Positions 34,574-48,001 are shown, numbered from the stretch's first letter. The stretch is 60,152 nucleotides of DNA from Nemertoderma westbladi (GCA_032718475.1 JAUCBJ010008981.1:1-60152), one strand, 5' to 3'. The notes: generated from the sequence alone by a model not told the origin. Made by a program: numbers and translations.

Positions 34574-37255
34574 ATGGGAAATAGCAGTGGAAGCGGCGTG
34601 AAGAAGGAACTGCGTTTTGAAATCGGAGGGTTCCATGGCGTCCGCAGTGGAGGGGATGGCGACGTACCGAAGTTACCGATCCCGAAACACGAAGAGTTAG
34701 AGACGAGATTCTCTCGAGCCATCGACTCGATGGCGTTGCCACCAGACAAAGCGAGGGAACTCCATAAATACGATGCTGATAAAAAGTGGGAGTTAATTCA
34801 GGACCACGAGCGCATGGAGGCTCGGAAACCACCATCGTACTACATCGACGGCATAAAGAAACTAATGTGTTTGGAGCAACGGAAGTCTATGAGGAAAACA
34901 GTGAAGTCGATGTTTGACTCAACGGCTTGCGAACTAATAAAAGGTTTAGAAATTTCTTTACGGACTAACGACATCCAGTGGACCCAGGAGTTTATTAGCG
35001 ACGACCTCAGAGGCCTTGATATCCTTCTAGATTTCCTTACTAAGGCGCAGTTCTTTGCTTTCGAGGACCCCAACCTAAACCTCACGAAGACGCTTCACAG
35101 AAACACTCATAAACAATACAAAAACGTTGAGAAGGCGAGACGATACAAATCCCTGGAAGATAAGAATGTTATCCACTACTGTATTATGTGTATGCGAGCG
35201 TTGATGAACCACAAACAGGGTTATTGCCGAATCATGGAGCAACCTAGTTGCGTAGAGAACCTAACATTGTGTCTACGGCATAAGAACAACCGCACACGGG
35301 TTATGGTGTTTGAGTTACTCACAGCCTCCTGTCTGTTAGACGGCGGTCACGATATAGTTATTGCAGCATTCGATAACTTCCTTCTGGCTACCAACGAGGG
35401 TCGCCGCTTCCAAACGCTAGTTGGTTTCTTCAATGTCGAGGCGGATTGCATGGAGTTCCTCACGTCGTGTCTACAGTTTATTAACCTGTTGGTAAACAGC
35501 GTCGCGATACCGCAGAACTATCGGGTTGCGTTACAGCGGGAGTTCATGTTGTTGGGGTTGGAGTCCCGGTTGGAGACGTTGCGTAATACCACAGAGAGTT
35601 CCGAGTTGCGTGAACAGGTTGACGCTTATACCGATAATCTTATAGACGTGGCGATGCTGCTCAAGGAGGTAGCGGCCAAGGAAGAGATCCAGAGGAGTGC
35701 GGCCGAGACAGAGGAGAAGTTGAGTCGCCTCCGAGAGGAGATGGAAGGCAAAGATAACCAGCATCTAAAGGTTCTAGCGGATCTACATCGGGAGTTGAAG
35801 GCGGCAGAAGAGAAGATTAGCGATTTGAAGGAGAAAACGCAGTATCTGGAGACATTGAGTAAGAGTAAGCCGCCCTCCAGCTCCAGTGTGCCGTCCACTG
35901 AGCCGCCCTCTGCGGCCCCCTCGGCCCCACCCCCACCCCCGCCCCCTCCCCCCGGGGCAGCGCCCCCGCCTCCGCCCCCTCCCCCAGGCTCAGTCCCCCC
36001 TCCTCCGCCCCCCACCCTGGCGGGCGGCGGCACAGTGCCCCCGGTTCCCGGCTCACTCGCTATCCGCACTGCCATTCAGACCAAACACGCCCTCCCCACG
36101 CTCAACTGGGTTCCCCTCAAACACAACGAGGTTAAAGGAACCGTCTTCTGCGACGTCGATGACGCCAACGTCTTTAACAAAGTCAACTTCGACGATTTTG
36201 AAGATAAATTCAAATCGAATAAAAACTCTATCGGGAAACCCAAAGTGAGTGCGATCGCGTCTCCCCAACAGGAGCGGAAGTCTCTACTTGATAACAACCG
36301 GTTTAAGAACATCGCGATATCGCGACGGCAGATTAAACTCGGGTTGGCCGAGTTGGTTGAGGCGATAAACCAACTGGACTACCGTCGTCTGGGGGCCGAA
36401 TGCGTCGATTCCTTGAAGACATTCGTTCCTCAGGATAACGAAGTCGCCATCTATAAGAAACTCGATAAGAAACAGATCGATAAATTGCCGGAAGAGGATC
36501 AGTTGATAAGGAAGTTGTGTAAAGTGGAGCGGCTCCAGGCCAAGTTGTCCTTCATTAACTTTATGTCGGGGTGCGCGGATACTCTGGCTGAGTTGGTTCC
36601 GCAGCTGAACGTGTTGATGGCGGCTTCTACGTCGTTACGGAGCTCCAGGAAGGTCCGCAAGATCTTTGAGATTATCCTCGCCTTCGGGAACTACATGAAC
36701 AGCGCCAAACGGGGCGGCGTTTACGGGTTCCGGGTCTCCAGTCTCTCGTGTGTCTCCGACACCAAATCGACCGATAAGAGTCTGTCGTTGATGGGTTACG
36801 TTGTCGAGACTGTAGAGGATAAATACCCAGACTTGGTCGACTGGTCGACAGACATCAGTTACATCGACAAAGCGGCCAGGGTGTCTCTGGAGAACGTTAA
36901 TGGCGAGATAAATCGACTGAAAAGCTCAATGGGAAGACTAGCGGAAGAGAGCGATAAGAGTAAAGATAATAAAATACTTCGAGAGTTTATAAAGGTCAAT
37001 GACGCCAAGGTGAAAATGGTTGTAAAGGATGGTAAACTGGCCGAGGAAGCCTACAACGAATGTTCTATGTACTTCGGGGAGAATCCAAAGAAGGTTTGCC
37101 CCTCAAACTTCTTCGGATATTTTACGAGTTTCATCGCTGATTACACGAAGGCTAAGGAGGATAATGAAACCCGACGAGCGAATATAGTGAGAGAGGCGAA
37201 CAGAGCGGGGTTGTTTAGTCGGATAGCGAGGCCGAGTAAACAGGAGTTAGATCGG
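34574..37255 (+). CDS. FMNL: Formin-like protein (FMNL/Frl family), exon 1 (894 codons)
   Basis: MGN myristoylation-type start and GBD/FH3 (LPPDKA...YDADKKWELIQD, LEISLRTNDIQW). These are followed by a coiled coil, polyproline FH1 and FH2 (LNW, NIAI, ILAFGNYMNSAKRGGVYGF). Donor CGG|GTTAGT at 37256. Confidence 0.95.
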
Positions 37256-38351
37256 GTTAGTTAGTTAGTTAGTACCATCAACCCATTGTCTACCACTCAC
37301 GGCCCATTGGTCCGGCTAGGGTCACTGGTCAGGGTGTAGTTCCTGACCTGTATCACCCATTGGTCTGGCTAGGGTCACTGGTCAGGGTGTAGTTCCTGAC
37401 CTGTATCACCCATTGGTCTGGCTAGGGTCACTGGTCAGGGTGTAGTTCCTGACCTGTATCACCCATTGGTCTGGCTAGGGTCACTGGTCAGGGTGTAGTT
37501 CCTGACCTGTATCACCCATTGGTCTGGCTAGGGTCACTGGTCAGGGTGTAGTTCCTGACCTGTATCACTCATTGGTCTGGCTAGGGTCACTGGTCAGGGT
37601 GTAGTTCCTAACCTGTATCACTCATTGGTCTGGCTAGGGTCACTGGTCAGGGTGTAGTTCCTAACCTGTATCACTCATTGGTCTGGATAGGGTCACTGGT
37701 CAGGGTGTCGTTCCTGACCTGTATCACCCATTGGTCTGGCTAGGGTCACTGGTCAGGGTGTAGTTCCTGACCTGTATCACCCATTGGTCTGGCTAGGGTC
37801 ACTGGTCAGGGTTTAGTTCCTGACCTGTATCACCCATTGGTCTGGCTAGGGTCACTGGTCAGGGTGTAGTTCCTAACCTGTATCACTCATTGGTCTGGCT
37901 AGGGTCACTGGTCAGGGTGTAGTTCCTGACCTGTATCACCCATTGGTCTGGCTAGGGTCACTGGTCAGGGTGTAGTTCCTGACCTGTATCACTCATTGGT
38001 CTGGCTAGGGTCACTGGTCAGGGTGTAGTTCCTGACCTGTATCACTCATTGGTCTGGCTAGGGTCACTGGTCGGGGTGTTAGTAGTTCCTGACCTGTATC
38101 ACTCACGGCCCATTGCCGTCACATTGCTCACATACAACTCATTGATTAACATAACAACTCATTGATTAATCTCTATGTCTCCAACTAATGTAAAATAGTG
38201 ATGCTTGAATCTCCGTCTCAGTAATGATTTTTGAAATGGTCAACGCCGTTTCAACTTAAATTAAGATATTATTATATTTTGAAGCTTGGGGGTATGACCT
38301 ACCGTACACAGCCGTTCTAAAATAATTTATCGACATTTATTTATTTTTTAG
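37256..38351 (+). other. Phase-0 GT-AG intron of the formin gene
   Basis: GTTAGT donor and TTATTTTTTAG acceptor. Splicing gives in-frame KQELDR|AIVDELK. Confidence 0.85.
37303..38115. repeat. 53-bp intronic minisatellite (~15 copies)
   Basis: Unit CCCATTGGTCTGGCTAGGGTCACTGGTCAGGGTGTAGTTCCTGACCTGTATCA. Confidence 0.95.
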
Positions 38352-38561
38352 GCCATAGTGGATGAACTCAAGTTCAAAATGTTTAAAGAAAAAAGTGCCG
38401 AGGTGCCTAAAGATGGTTCGGTCGACAATATATTGTACGACCTAAAAAAGGAACCTTACAGACGGGCGGACGCAGTACGACGCAGTCTCAGACGCCATGT
38501 AGACCCCCAGCTGCAGTTACCGGTAACTAACAATGTGCTAGGCGACGGCGACTTAGTTTAA
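38352..38561 (+). CDS. FMNL: Formin-like protein, exon 2 (WH2-like/DAD C-terminus)
   Basis: AIVDELK...DGSVDNILYDLKKEPYRRADAVRRS is the typical invertebrate FMNL/Frl DAD region. Ends in TAA. Confidence 0.9.
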   Translation, partial: AIVDELKFKMFKEKSAEVPKDGSVDNILYDLKKEPYRRADAVRRSLRRHVDPQLQLPVTNNVLGDGDLV

Positions 38562-38579
38562 TTACTTAACTAACCTAAC

Positions 38580-39847
38580 GCGGTAGTCGGTGCTGATTTC
38601 GGTTGCTAATTACCCAACCCAATGCCGCGGTAGTCGGTGCTGATTTCGGTTGCTAATTACCCAACCCAATGCCGCGGTAGTCGGTGCTGATTTCGGTTGC
38701 TAATTACCCAACCCATTGCCGCGGTAGTCGGTGCTGATTTCGGTTGCTAATTACCCAACCCATTGCCGCGGTAGTCGGTGCTGATTTCGGTTGCTAATTA
38801 CCCAACCCATTGCCGCGGTAGTCGGTGCTGATTTCGGTTGCTAATTACCCAACCCAATGCCGCGGTAGTCGGTGCTGATTTCGGTTGCTAATTACCCAAC
38901 CCAATGCCGCGGTAGTCGGTGCTGATTTCGGTTGCTAATTACCCAACCCAATGCCGCGGTAGTCGGTGCTGATTTCGGTTGCTAATTACCCAACCCAATG
39001 CCGCGGTAGTCGGTGCTGATTTCGGTTGCTAATTACCCAACCCAATGCCGCGGTAGTCGGTGCTGATTTCGGTTGCTAATTACCCAACCCAATGCCGCGG
39101 TAGTCGGTGCTGATTTCGGTTGCTAATTACCCAACCCAATGCCGCGGTAGTCGGTGCTGATTTCGGTTGCTAATTACCCAACCCAATGCCGCGGTAGTCG
39201 GTGCTGAATTCGGTTGCTAATTACCCAACCCAATGCCGCGGTAGTCGGTGCTGATTTCGGTTGCTAATTACCCAACCCAATGCCGCGGTAGTCGGTGCTG
39301 ATTTCGGTTGCTAATTACCCAACCCAATGCCGCGGTAGTCGGTGCTGATTTCGGTTGCTAATTACCCAACCCAATGCCGCGGTAGTCGGTGCTGATTTCG
39401 GTTGCTAATTACCCAACCCAATGCCGCGGTAGTCGGTGCTGATTTTGGTTGCTAATTACCCAACCCAATGCCGCGGTAGTCGGTGCTGATTTCGGTTGCT
39501 AATTACCCAACCCAATGCCGCGGTAGTCGGTGCTGATTTCGGTTGCTAATTACCCAACCCAATGCCGCGGTAGTCGGTGCTGATTTTGGTTGCTAATTAC
39601 CCAACCCAATGCCGCGGTAGTCGGTGCTGATTTCGGTTGCTAATTACCCAACCCAATGCCGCGGTAGTCGGTGCTGATTTCGGTTGCTAATTACCCAACC
39701 CAATGCCGCGGTAGTCGGTGCTGATTTCGGTTGCTAATTACCCAACCCAATGCCGCGGTAGTCGGTGCTGATTTCGGTTGCTAATTACCCAACCCAATGC
39801 CGCGGTAGTCGGTGCTGATTTCGGTTGCTAATTACCCAACCAAATGC
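38580..39847. repeat. 47-bp minisatellite (~27 copies) directly after the formin stop codon
   Basis: Unit GCGGTAGTCGGTGCTGATTTCGGTTGCTAATTACCCAACCCAATGCC, highly homogeneous. Confidence 0.97.
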
Positions 39848-40377
39848 TTTTTTTATTAATTGCTGCTTCTTTTTTTTATTGTATTTAACTTGTACTTAAT
39901 ATTATGAATTACATTGTAATTTAATGGTGATTCGGTGACAGCCTTATAGATTTACTATATTTTGCATTTATAATTATTATTATTAATTATTTACCGTTAT
40001 TTATATTATCTTTGCTTATTGATATACAAGCGTTTTATTTGGAACTATAATGTGCTTCTTTTGCTTTAGTTAGTTAATTATTTGTACTTTATATATTTAA
40101 TTGTATCGGAATTTCCACCTTTTCACTAACGCTATGAATGTTTGTGTTGGACGTGGATCTGAAATTTAACAACTTCCTGAATATTTTAGGTAGTTTACCG
40201 CAGTTTTCTAGATTATAAACCAAATGTAATTTGTTTAGTGTTCGTTTATACTTAATATTAATTTTCATCGATACTAATTCCACCGCAGTGTGAGATGTCC
40301 GTATTGCTCCCCTAAACTAAATTATTTTGATTTTTTTACTAATCGCTATTTATTATCATATCTCATCAATGATCGTT

Positions 40378-40873
40378 CGATTATTTAGAGCAGCAGTAGT
40401 TCCAGTACTCCTCTATGGGAGTCCATGCTGGGCTCTAACTGCTGAGGACACCAAATCTCTGGATGGCACATTCACAAGAATGCTACGCCGGGTACATTGT
40501 GTCAAGTACAATGTACACATATCCAACCAGACACTATATAACATTGGAGGTGTCTCATTGGTTCCCCCAAGCTTGACACTAGAACAAAATCGCCTCCGCT
40601 TTGCAGGACATTGCTTTCGCCGTGAGGACCAGCCAGTGCATAATCTTGTACTTTGGCAGCCTCATGGAGTGAATAAGCATGGTGGACAGCCCATGACTTT
40701 CTTGAGACACATCTTAAAGGACACTGGCCTTAAAGATGCCAATGATCTAGAAAATGTCATGGGTGAAAGGGAGTTGTGGCGGAGCAATTTTGTTGATAAG
40801 CCGGCATAGCATTCTTAATGCACACTGCATTGGGGCAACGTGCAGCTGCAATGCAACAGGCCGATTATTAGTA
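40378..40873 (+). mobile_element. RTE-type LINE family 1, short 3' fragment
   Basis: Matches ~19372-19848, with a diverged tail. Confidence 0.9.
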
Positions 40874-41484
40874 TTATTATCTGATCTAATATAATATCTT
40901 TAAGTGGCGGCCACAAATAATAATCGTAATTAGTTAATTGGTTCAGCCCTGGAATACAGTTTAATTGAACCAGAGCGTTGTTAAGTTACTTAAGTTAATA
41001 ATTACGACGTCTGTAATTATTAATATTCATCGTGTTACTTTTGATATCAGCTTAATAAACCCGGTAATAAGTGGTAATTAATTAATAAAAGGTTATGTAC
41101 GTGAGGCAATTTTATTTCACATTGAATGTCATTGCTAAAAAATAATTCATTTTAAGTTACGTAGAGGAGGCAGGGGGGGGGGGGGGTGTTGCCGTTTCGT
41201 AACAATTGGGGGAGCGATCGAAAGACGTGACGTCATTTACGGGTTGTTACCCTCGATTTAGAAGAAGGCCGCAGCGCCACCTAGCTGCACGTTATGGCAC
41301 ATAACGGCTTGCAATTAATTCGTAAATGTTCTAGCGGTTTGCCACCACCGTGCCGCTGGGTTTTAAACCAGCTGCATTAATATGTCGCAGCAAGCTGCAA
41401 TGCCGCTGGGCGTTTTCGAATTGCAGCTAAAACTGGGCTTTAGACTCGCTGTGTAATTATAATTTTATTACGCCATGCAGTTTG

Positions 41485-44400
41485 CCATTGGATTGGTATC
41501 CGTTTACCATTGGATTGGTATCCGTTTACCATTGGATTGGTATCCCTTTACCATTGGATTGGTATCCGTTTACCATTGGATTGGTATCCGTTTACCATTG
41601 GATTGGTATCCGTTTACCATTGGATTGGTATCCGTTTACCATTGGATTGGTATCCGTTTACCATTGGATTGGTATCCGTTTACCATTGGATTGGTATCCG
41701 TTTACCATTGGATTGGTATCCCTTTACCATTGGATTGGTATCCGTTTACCATTGGATTGGTATCCGTTTACCATTGGATTGGTATCCGTTTACCATTGGA
41801 TTGGTATCCGTTTACCATTGGATTGGTATCCGTTTACCATTGGATTGGTATCCCTTTACCATTGGATTGGTATCCGTTTACCATTGGATTGGTATCCGTT
41901 TACCATTGGATTGGTATCCGTTTACCATTGGATTGGTATCCGTTTACCATTGGATTGGTATCCGTTTACCATTGGATTGGTATCCGTTTACCATTGGGTT
42001 GGTATCCGTTTACCATTGGATTGGTATCCGTTTACCATTGGATTGGTATCCGTTTACCATGGGATTGGTATCCGTTTACCATTGGGTTGGTATCCGTTTA
42101 CCATTGGATTGGTATCCGTTACCATTGGGTTGGTAACCCATTACCATTGGATTGGTATCCGTTTACCATTGGATTGGTATCCTTTTACCATTGGATTGGT
42201 ATCCGTTTACCATTGGATTGGTATCCTTTACCATTGGATTGGTATCCGTTTACCATTGGATTGGTATCCGTTTACCATGGGATTGGTATCCGTTTACCAT
42301 TGGATTGGTATCCGTTACCATTGGGTTGGTATCCCTTTACCATTGGATTGGTATCCGTTTACCATTGGATTGGTATCCTTTACCATTGGATTGGTATCCA
42401 ATGGTAAATGTTTACCATGGGATTGGTATCCGTTTACCATTGGATTGGTATCCGTTTACCATTGGATTGGTATCCGTTTACCATTGGATTGGTATCCGTT
42501 TACCATTGGATTGGTATCCATTTACCATTGGATTGGTATCCGTTTACCATTGGATTGGTATCCGTTACCATTGGATTGGTATCCGTTTACCATTGGATTG
42601 GTATCCGTTTACTATTGGATTGGTATCCGTTTACTATTGGATTGGTATCCGTTTACTATTGGATTGGTATCCGTTTACCATTGGATTGGTATCCGTTTAC
42701 TATTGGATTGGTATCCGTTTACTATTGGATTGGTATCCGTTTACCATTGGATTGGTATCCGTTTACTATTGGATTGGTATCCGTTTACCATTGGATTGGT
42801 ATCCGTTACGATTGGATTGGTATCCGTTTACCATTGGATTGGTATCCGTTTACCATTGGGTTGGTATCCCTTTACCATTGGATTGGTATCCGTTTACCAT
42901 TGGATTGGTATCCGTTTACCATTGGATTGGTATCCGTTTACCATTGGATTGGTATCCCTTTACCATTGGATTGGTATCCGTTTACCAGTGGATTGGTATC
43001 CGTTACGATTGGATTGGTATCCGTTTACCATTGGATTGGTATCCGTTTACCAGTGGATTGGTATCCGTTTACCATTGGATTGGTATCCGTTTACCATTGG
43101 ATTGGTATCCGTTTACCATTGGATTGGTATCCGTTTACCATTGGATTGGTATCCGTTTACCATTGGATTGGTATCCGTTTACCATTGGATTGGTATCCGT
43201 TTACCATTGGATTGGTATCCGTTTACCATTGGATTGGTATCCGTTTACCATTGGATTGGTATCCGTTTACCATTGGATTGGTATCCGTTTACCATTGGAT
43301 TGGTATCCGTTTACCATTGGATTGGTATCCGTTTACTATTGGATTGGTATCCGTTACCATTGGGTTGGTATCCCTTTACCATTGGATTGGTATCCGTTTA
43401 CCATTGGATTGGTATCCGTTTACCATTGGATTGGTATCCGTTTACCATTGGATTGGTATCCGTTTACCATTGGATTGGTATCCGTTTACCATTGGATTGG
43501 TATCCGTTTACCATTGGATTGGTATCCGTTTACCATTGGATTGGTATCCGTTTACCATTGGATTGGTATCCGTTTACCATTGGATTGGTATCCGTTTACC
43601 ATTGGATTGGTATCCCTTTACCATTAGATTGGTATCCCTTTACCATTGGATTGGTATCCGTTTACCATTGGATTGGTTTCCCTTTACCATTGGATTGGTA
43701 TCCGTTTACCATGGGATTGGTATCCGTTTACCATGGGATTGGTATCCGTTTACTATTGGATTGGTATCCGTTTACCATTGGATTGGTATCCGTTTACCAT
43801 TGGATTGGTATCCGTTACGATTGGATTGGTATCCGTTTACCATTGGATTGGTATCCGTTTACCATTGGATTGGTATCCGTTTACCATTGGATTGGTATCC
43901 GTTTACCATTGGATTGGTATCCGTTTACCATTGGATTGGTATCCGTTTACTATTGGATTGGTATCCGTTTACTATTGGATTGGTATCCGTTTACTATTGG
44001 ATTGGTATCCCTTTACCATTGGATTGGTATCCGTTTACCATTGGATTGGTATCCGTTTACCAGTGGATTGGTATCCGTTTACCATTGGATTGGTATCCGT
44101 TTACCATTGGATTGGTATCCGTTTACCATTGGATTGGTATCCGTTTACCATTGGATTGGTATCCGTTTACCATTGGATTGGTATCCGTTTACCATTGGAT
44201 TGGTATCCGTTTACCATTGGATTGGTATCCGTTTACCATTGGATTGGTATCCGTTTACCATTGGATTGGTATCCGTTTACTATTGGATTGGTATCCGTTT
44301 ACTATTGGATTGGTATCCGTTTACTATTGGATTGGTATCCGTTTACCATTGGATTGGTATCCGTTTACCATTGGATTGGTATCCGTTTACTATTGGATTG

Positions 44401-44739
44401 GTATCCGTTTACCATTGGATTGGTACCGTTTACCATTGGATTGGTATCCGTTTACCATTGGATTGGTATCCGTTTACCATTGGATTGGTATCCGTTTACC
44501 ATTGGATTGGTATCCGTTTACCATTGGATTGGTATCCGTTTACTATTGGATTGGTATCCGTTTACCAGTGGATTGGTATCCGTTTACCAGTGGATTGGTA
44601 TCCGTTTACTATTGGATTGGTATCCGTTTACCATTGGATTGGTATCCGTTTACCAGTGGATTGGTATCCGTTTACCATTGGATTGGTATCCGTTTACCAT
44701 TGGATTGGTATCCGTTTACCATTGGAATGGTTTCCGTTT
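41485..44739. repeat. 22-bp satellite (~3.25 kb, ~148 copies)
   Basis: Unit CCATTGGATTGGTATCCGTTTA. Confidence 0.98.
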
Positions 44740-45587
44740 GAGATTAGATTATTATTTAATCCAATCCCATCAACATCCGGTCCCAAACGATTCCACTTCT
44801 CTTTCTCACTTGTGAGGCAGTTTCTCTTTAATTCGCCAAAGAATTTGCAATATTTTATATTTTAATGTAGTTATTAAATAATTTAATCGTTTCCGACATA
44901 ATTTTTGTTCTCATTTCGTGCAGAATTCAATGTTAATGTGAATCAGGTAAGTCTTTAACTCGGCTCCGGTACCAACTTATACAACGTTAATATTACATCA
45001 TTTTTTTATAATATTGATATTCAACTCCGAATTTTTTACCCACAGAAATTGGATTCACTTTATTCACGGCGAATTTCTCGCCCAATTAAATAGTTGCAAC
45101 TTATCGGTTGGCTGTGATTGTTAGTAACGTGATTGTTATTGTTCAGATTATTGGTACTTGGTGCCTTATTGTCGAATCATGGTCATTATTTATGTGAATG
45201 CAGTGAAACACAAGAATAGTTGGAACTACTTTTATTAAAAGTCAAAATAAATTTCTTTATATCTGAGTTACTAAACCACTGTCTATCCATATTTATACTC
45301 AACCATATTCTATACAGGCTTTCCCTAGTAACGGCGGCTTTCCATAGCAACTGCAAGTTTTACATACCAACGCTGAAATTACCATAGCAAAAGCTATATG
45401 CACATTATAAACACATCTGAAGTAAATTGAACGTAAATTTTTGTTTTTTCCATTATATTGTCCACAAAATAATGTTATCGGTTACCATGGCAACATAAAC
45501 AAACTTGTGGTGCTAGCCACGAAGTAAAGTGAGCCTTAGCGTAGGGGTGCCAAATTAATCAACCTGTCGGTCTGTCCCTTTGAAGAT

Positions 45588-46890
45588 TTATTATTATTAT
45601 TATATTTGTTTAATTCAACCATAAAGGTCATATCTAAAATACAGGCACAAGTTAAAGTTTAAAATAATTTAAAATTATAGGCATATACAGAAGGACGTAG
45701 GTAATTAAGGAACATAATAAAATTGTAACTAAAATGCACAATATTTACCTAAAATTTTCACTATTTATAATAACAATTGGCACTATTTACAATAGAGAAT
45801 TGGCAAAGCAAAATCGCCGGAAAGTAGCGTATATTACTGAGGACGGCAGTTATGCCGGACACACGCTAAAATATTATTGTCAGATTTGTTAACGCGGTTA
45901 TGTAGGCTATGAAGAGCTACCCGAAAAATATCTTTAAAAGATTTCATATTAAAATTCACTAACATCTGGCTAGCACTATTTATTTCTTCAACTTCGCTAT
46001 CATACAGCGGTATGTGAAATAGAGATCGGACGCATTTAGTAACTGCAACGCAGAGTTTTCTAAAGCTAGATTGAAGAAAATATCTGCTAGACCACAGCGA
46101 ACAGCAGTATACGGTTGAACGGTAACTATTAAAAACCACCATTTTAACACTGTCTGAACAATTACCGAATTTCCTAATTAACATGTTCGCCCTGGCATAA
46201 AATGATCTAGTTTGTGCTAGCATATCTACGTCATCAGAAAAATCACTAGATATAGTGTGCCCTAGATATTTAAAACTAGTTACATAGCTGAAACTCTTCA
46301 AATCTAATTTAATTTCAGCCGGTTTAATAATCTTTCTGGTTCTACACTGAAAAAACATACACCTCGATTTTTTCGTCCGCATAAATAAAGTGATTTATAA
46401 CAGTGCCATCTAACGAACAGCCAAGTTCGGAAGTAGTTAAGTCTTCACTTAGATTATTTATATAGTAGTTAAATAAAATCGGAGAAGCTGGACTATCCTG
46501 TCTTACTCCATTAGTGCAATAAAAAGAATTCGAAATAAAACCATCCCATTTAACAAACATAGTTTGATGCCTGTACATATAAGCTAGTATGCGAACAATA
46601 AATAAGGGTAGGCCTACGTTACTATTTATAAGTTTACTAAATAATTTAGAATGATGCACGCTATCAAAAAAACATCTAAAAAACAAATATATACATTACA
46701 CCCGTGGTTCAGATAATAATTATAATCTCCTTCAGAGCATAGGTACAAAGCTCAGTGCCGTGATTTTTCTCTAAACCGAACTGATTATTTGTTGTCGTAA
46801 TTATTGGCTCTATCCTAGATAAAATCAAAATCTCGAAGAGCTTGAAGGCAATATTACCAACAGCTATTGGTCTGTAATTAGACGTGTCCA
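45588..46890 (-). mobile_element. Third LINE family, 5'-truncated and frameshifted RT (clade uncertain, RTE-X/L2-like)
   Basis: NYRPIA, NQFG, FDSVHH, GVRQDSPASPILF, FIYAD and FKYLG are spread over ORFs 46709-46891, 46342-46686 and 45834-46382. (TAA)n tail near 45588-45603. Confidence 0.85.
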
Positions 46891-48001
46891 ATATTTAAAC
46901 GTTAACAACTCGATTTGTCGTGTCCAATATTTAAACGTTAATAACTCGGCCGATCCTCGATGAAATCTAACCAAACTTGGTACACATGTTGTTTGGCAAA
47001 AGTTCAGAAATTCTCAAAGTAAAAATTTACGTGTGGCCTTCGAGAGGCTAAGATAAAAGGAGTTAATTATGTTAATTGCGGTAAAAACCGGCATTTTCGT
47101 CTGTCCATTCATGTAAATTAATTATTTTATAGTATAAGATTTCAATAATTATACTTAAAATTTATACAGCTGTAATCCCTATTCCATTATAGTTTTTAAT
47201 TACTTCAAGTGATTTGATTTAAGAAATGTGTTTTTTAATTGATCTAAACGTGATTAACAATCAACAATTCACTTTTTCTACACGCTCGCTTGCAAACTCC
47301 CTATCTATGCTACTTAGCAGCAGCTATAGCTGTATATTAGGTTAAGGAGGTAATTTCATATATTAATATTTCATTACTTCTACATCTCGGTATAAGATAC
47401 ATTTATACCTGTATTTTAGTCAAATAGGATAGGTTCCCCGCCAACAATGTTAATTGTAAAATCCAAATCTATAAAATTAAAATCTAAATTTAAGGATGAG
47501 TTTACGAAATTCTGTAAATTTATTTCAATTTCTTTGGAAAATAATATATGTTTAACTGAGCCTCGTGCTGCGCGAAGGCCCCAGGAACGTGTATGGTCGG
47601 GATGTAATTATTGTCTGGCCTTGGCAACCTGTAAGACACTTGACCCAGGATGGAAATCTTTTATATTGTTCGGAACTATATTCAATTTGGTAGAATATAT
47701 TTAGTGACTTGTTACCATGGTTACAGGACCACCAGTACTACTACTACTAGGTCGAGCGAACTCGGACAGTGGAAATGAGATCCTTCCAGGCTTCCCGATT
47801 CTCCATAGTTGTCACAATTTCGTTTCTCCCAAGTTCAGTATCCCTTTCAAGTTGATCTTTATATGTGAGTTGGTTGCCAGAAAAGTAGATCTGGTATGAC
47901 CTCGTCTTTACTTCCCCAGCAGTGCCCACTGAATCTCTGCGTTCACGGAGGGTGGTTGATACAGGTGGTATTGTACCATAAAGCTCGGCGTTTGTCATGT
48001 G

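Noticed and set aside
34574-37264. Single-exon 896-aa formin
   Set aside because: The ORF runs into a splice donor and the conserved DAD is in the downstream exon; kept only as a possible retained-intron isoform.
41090-41260. Possible MITE with a poly-G tract and TGACGTCA
   Set aside because: No paired TIR or TSD could be identified.
41475-44865. Long ORFs of up to 1127 aa
   Set aside because: Artefact of the stop-free 22-bp satellite; all frames give the same repeat peptide.
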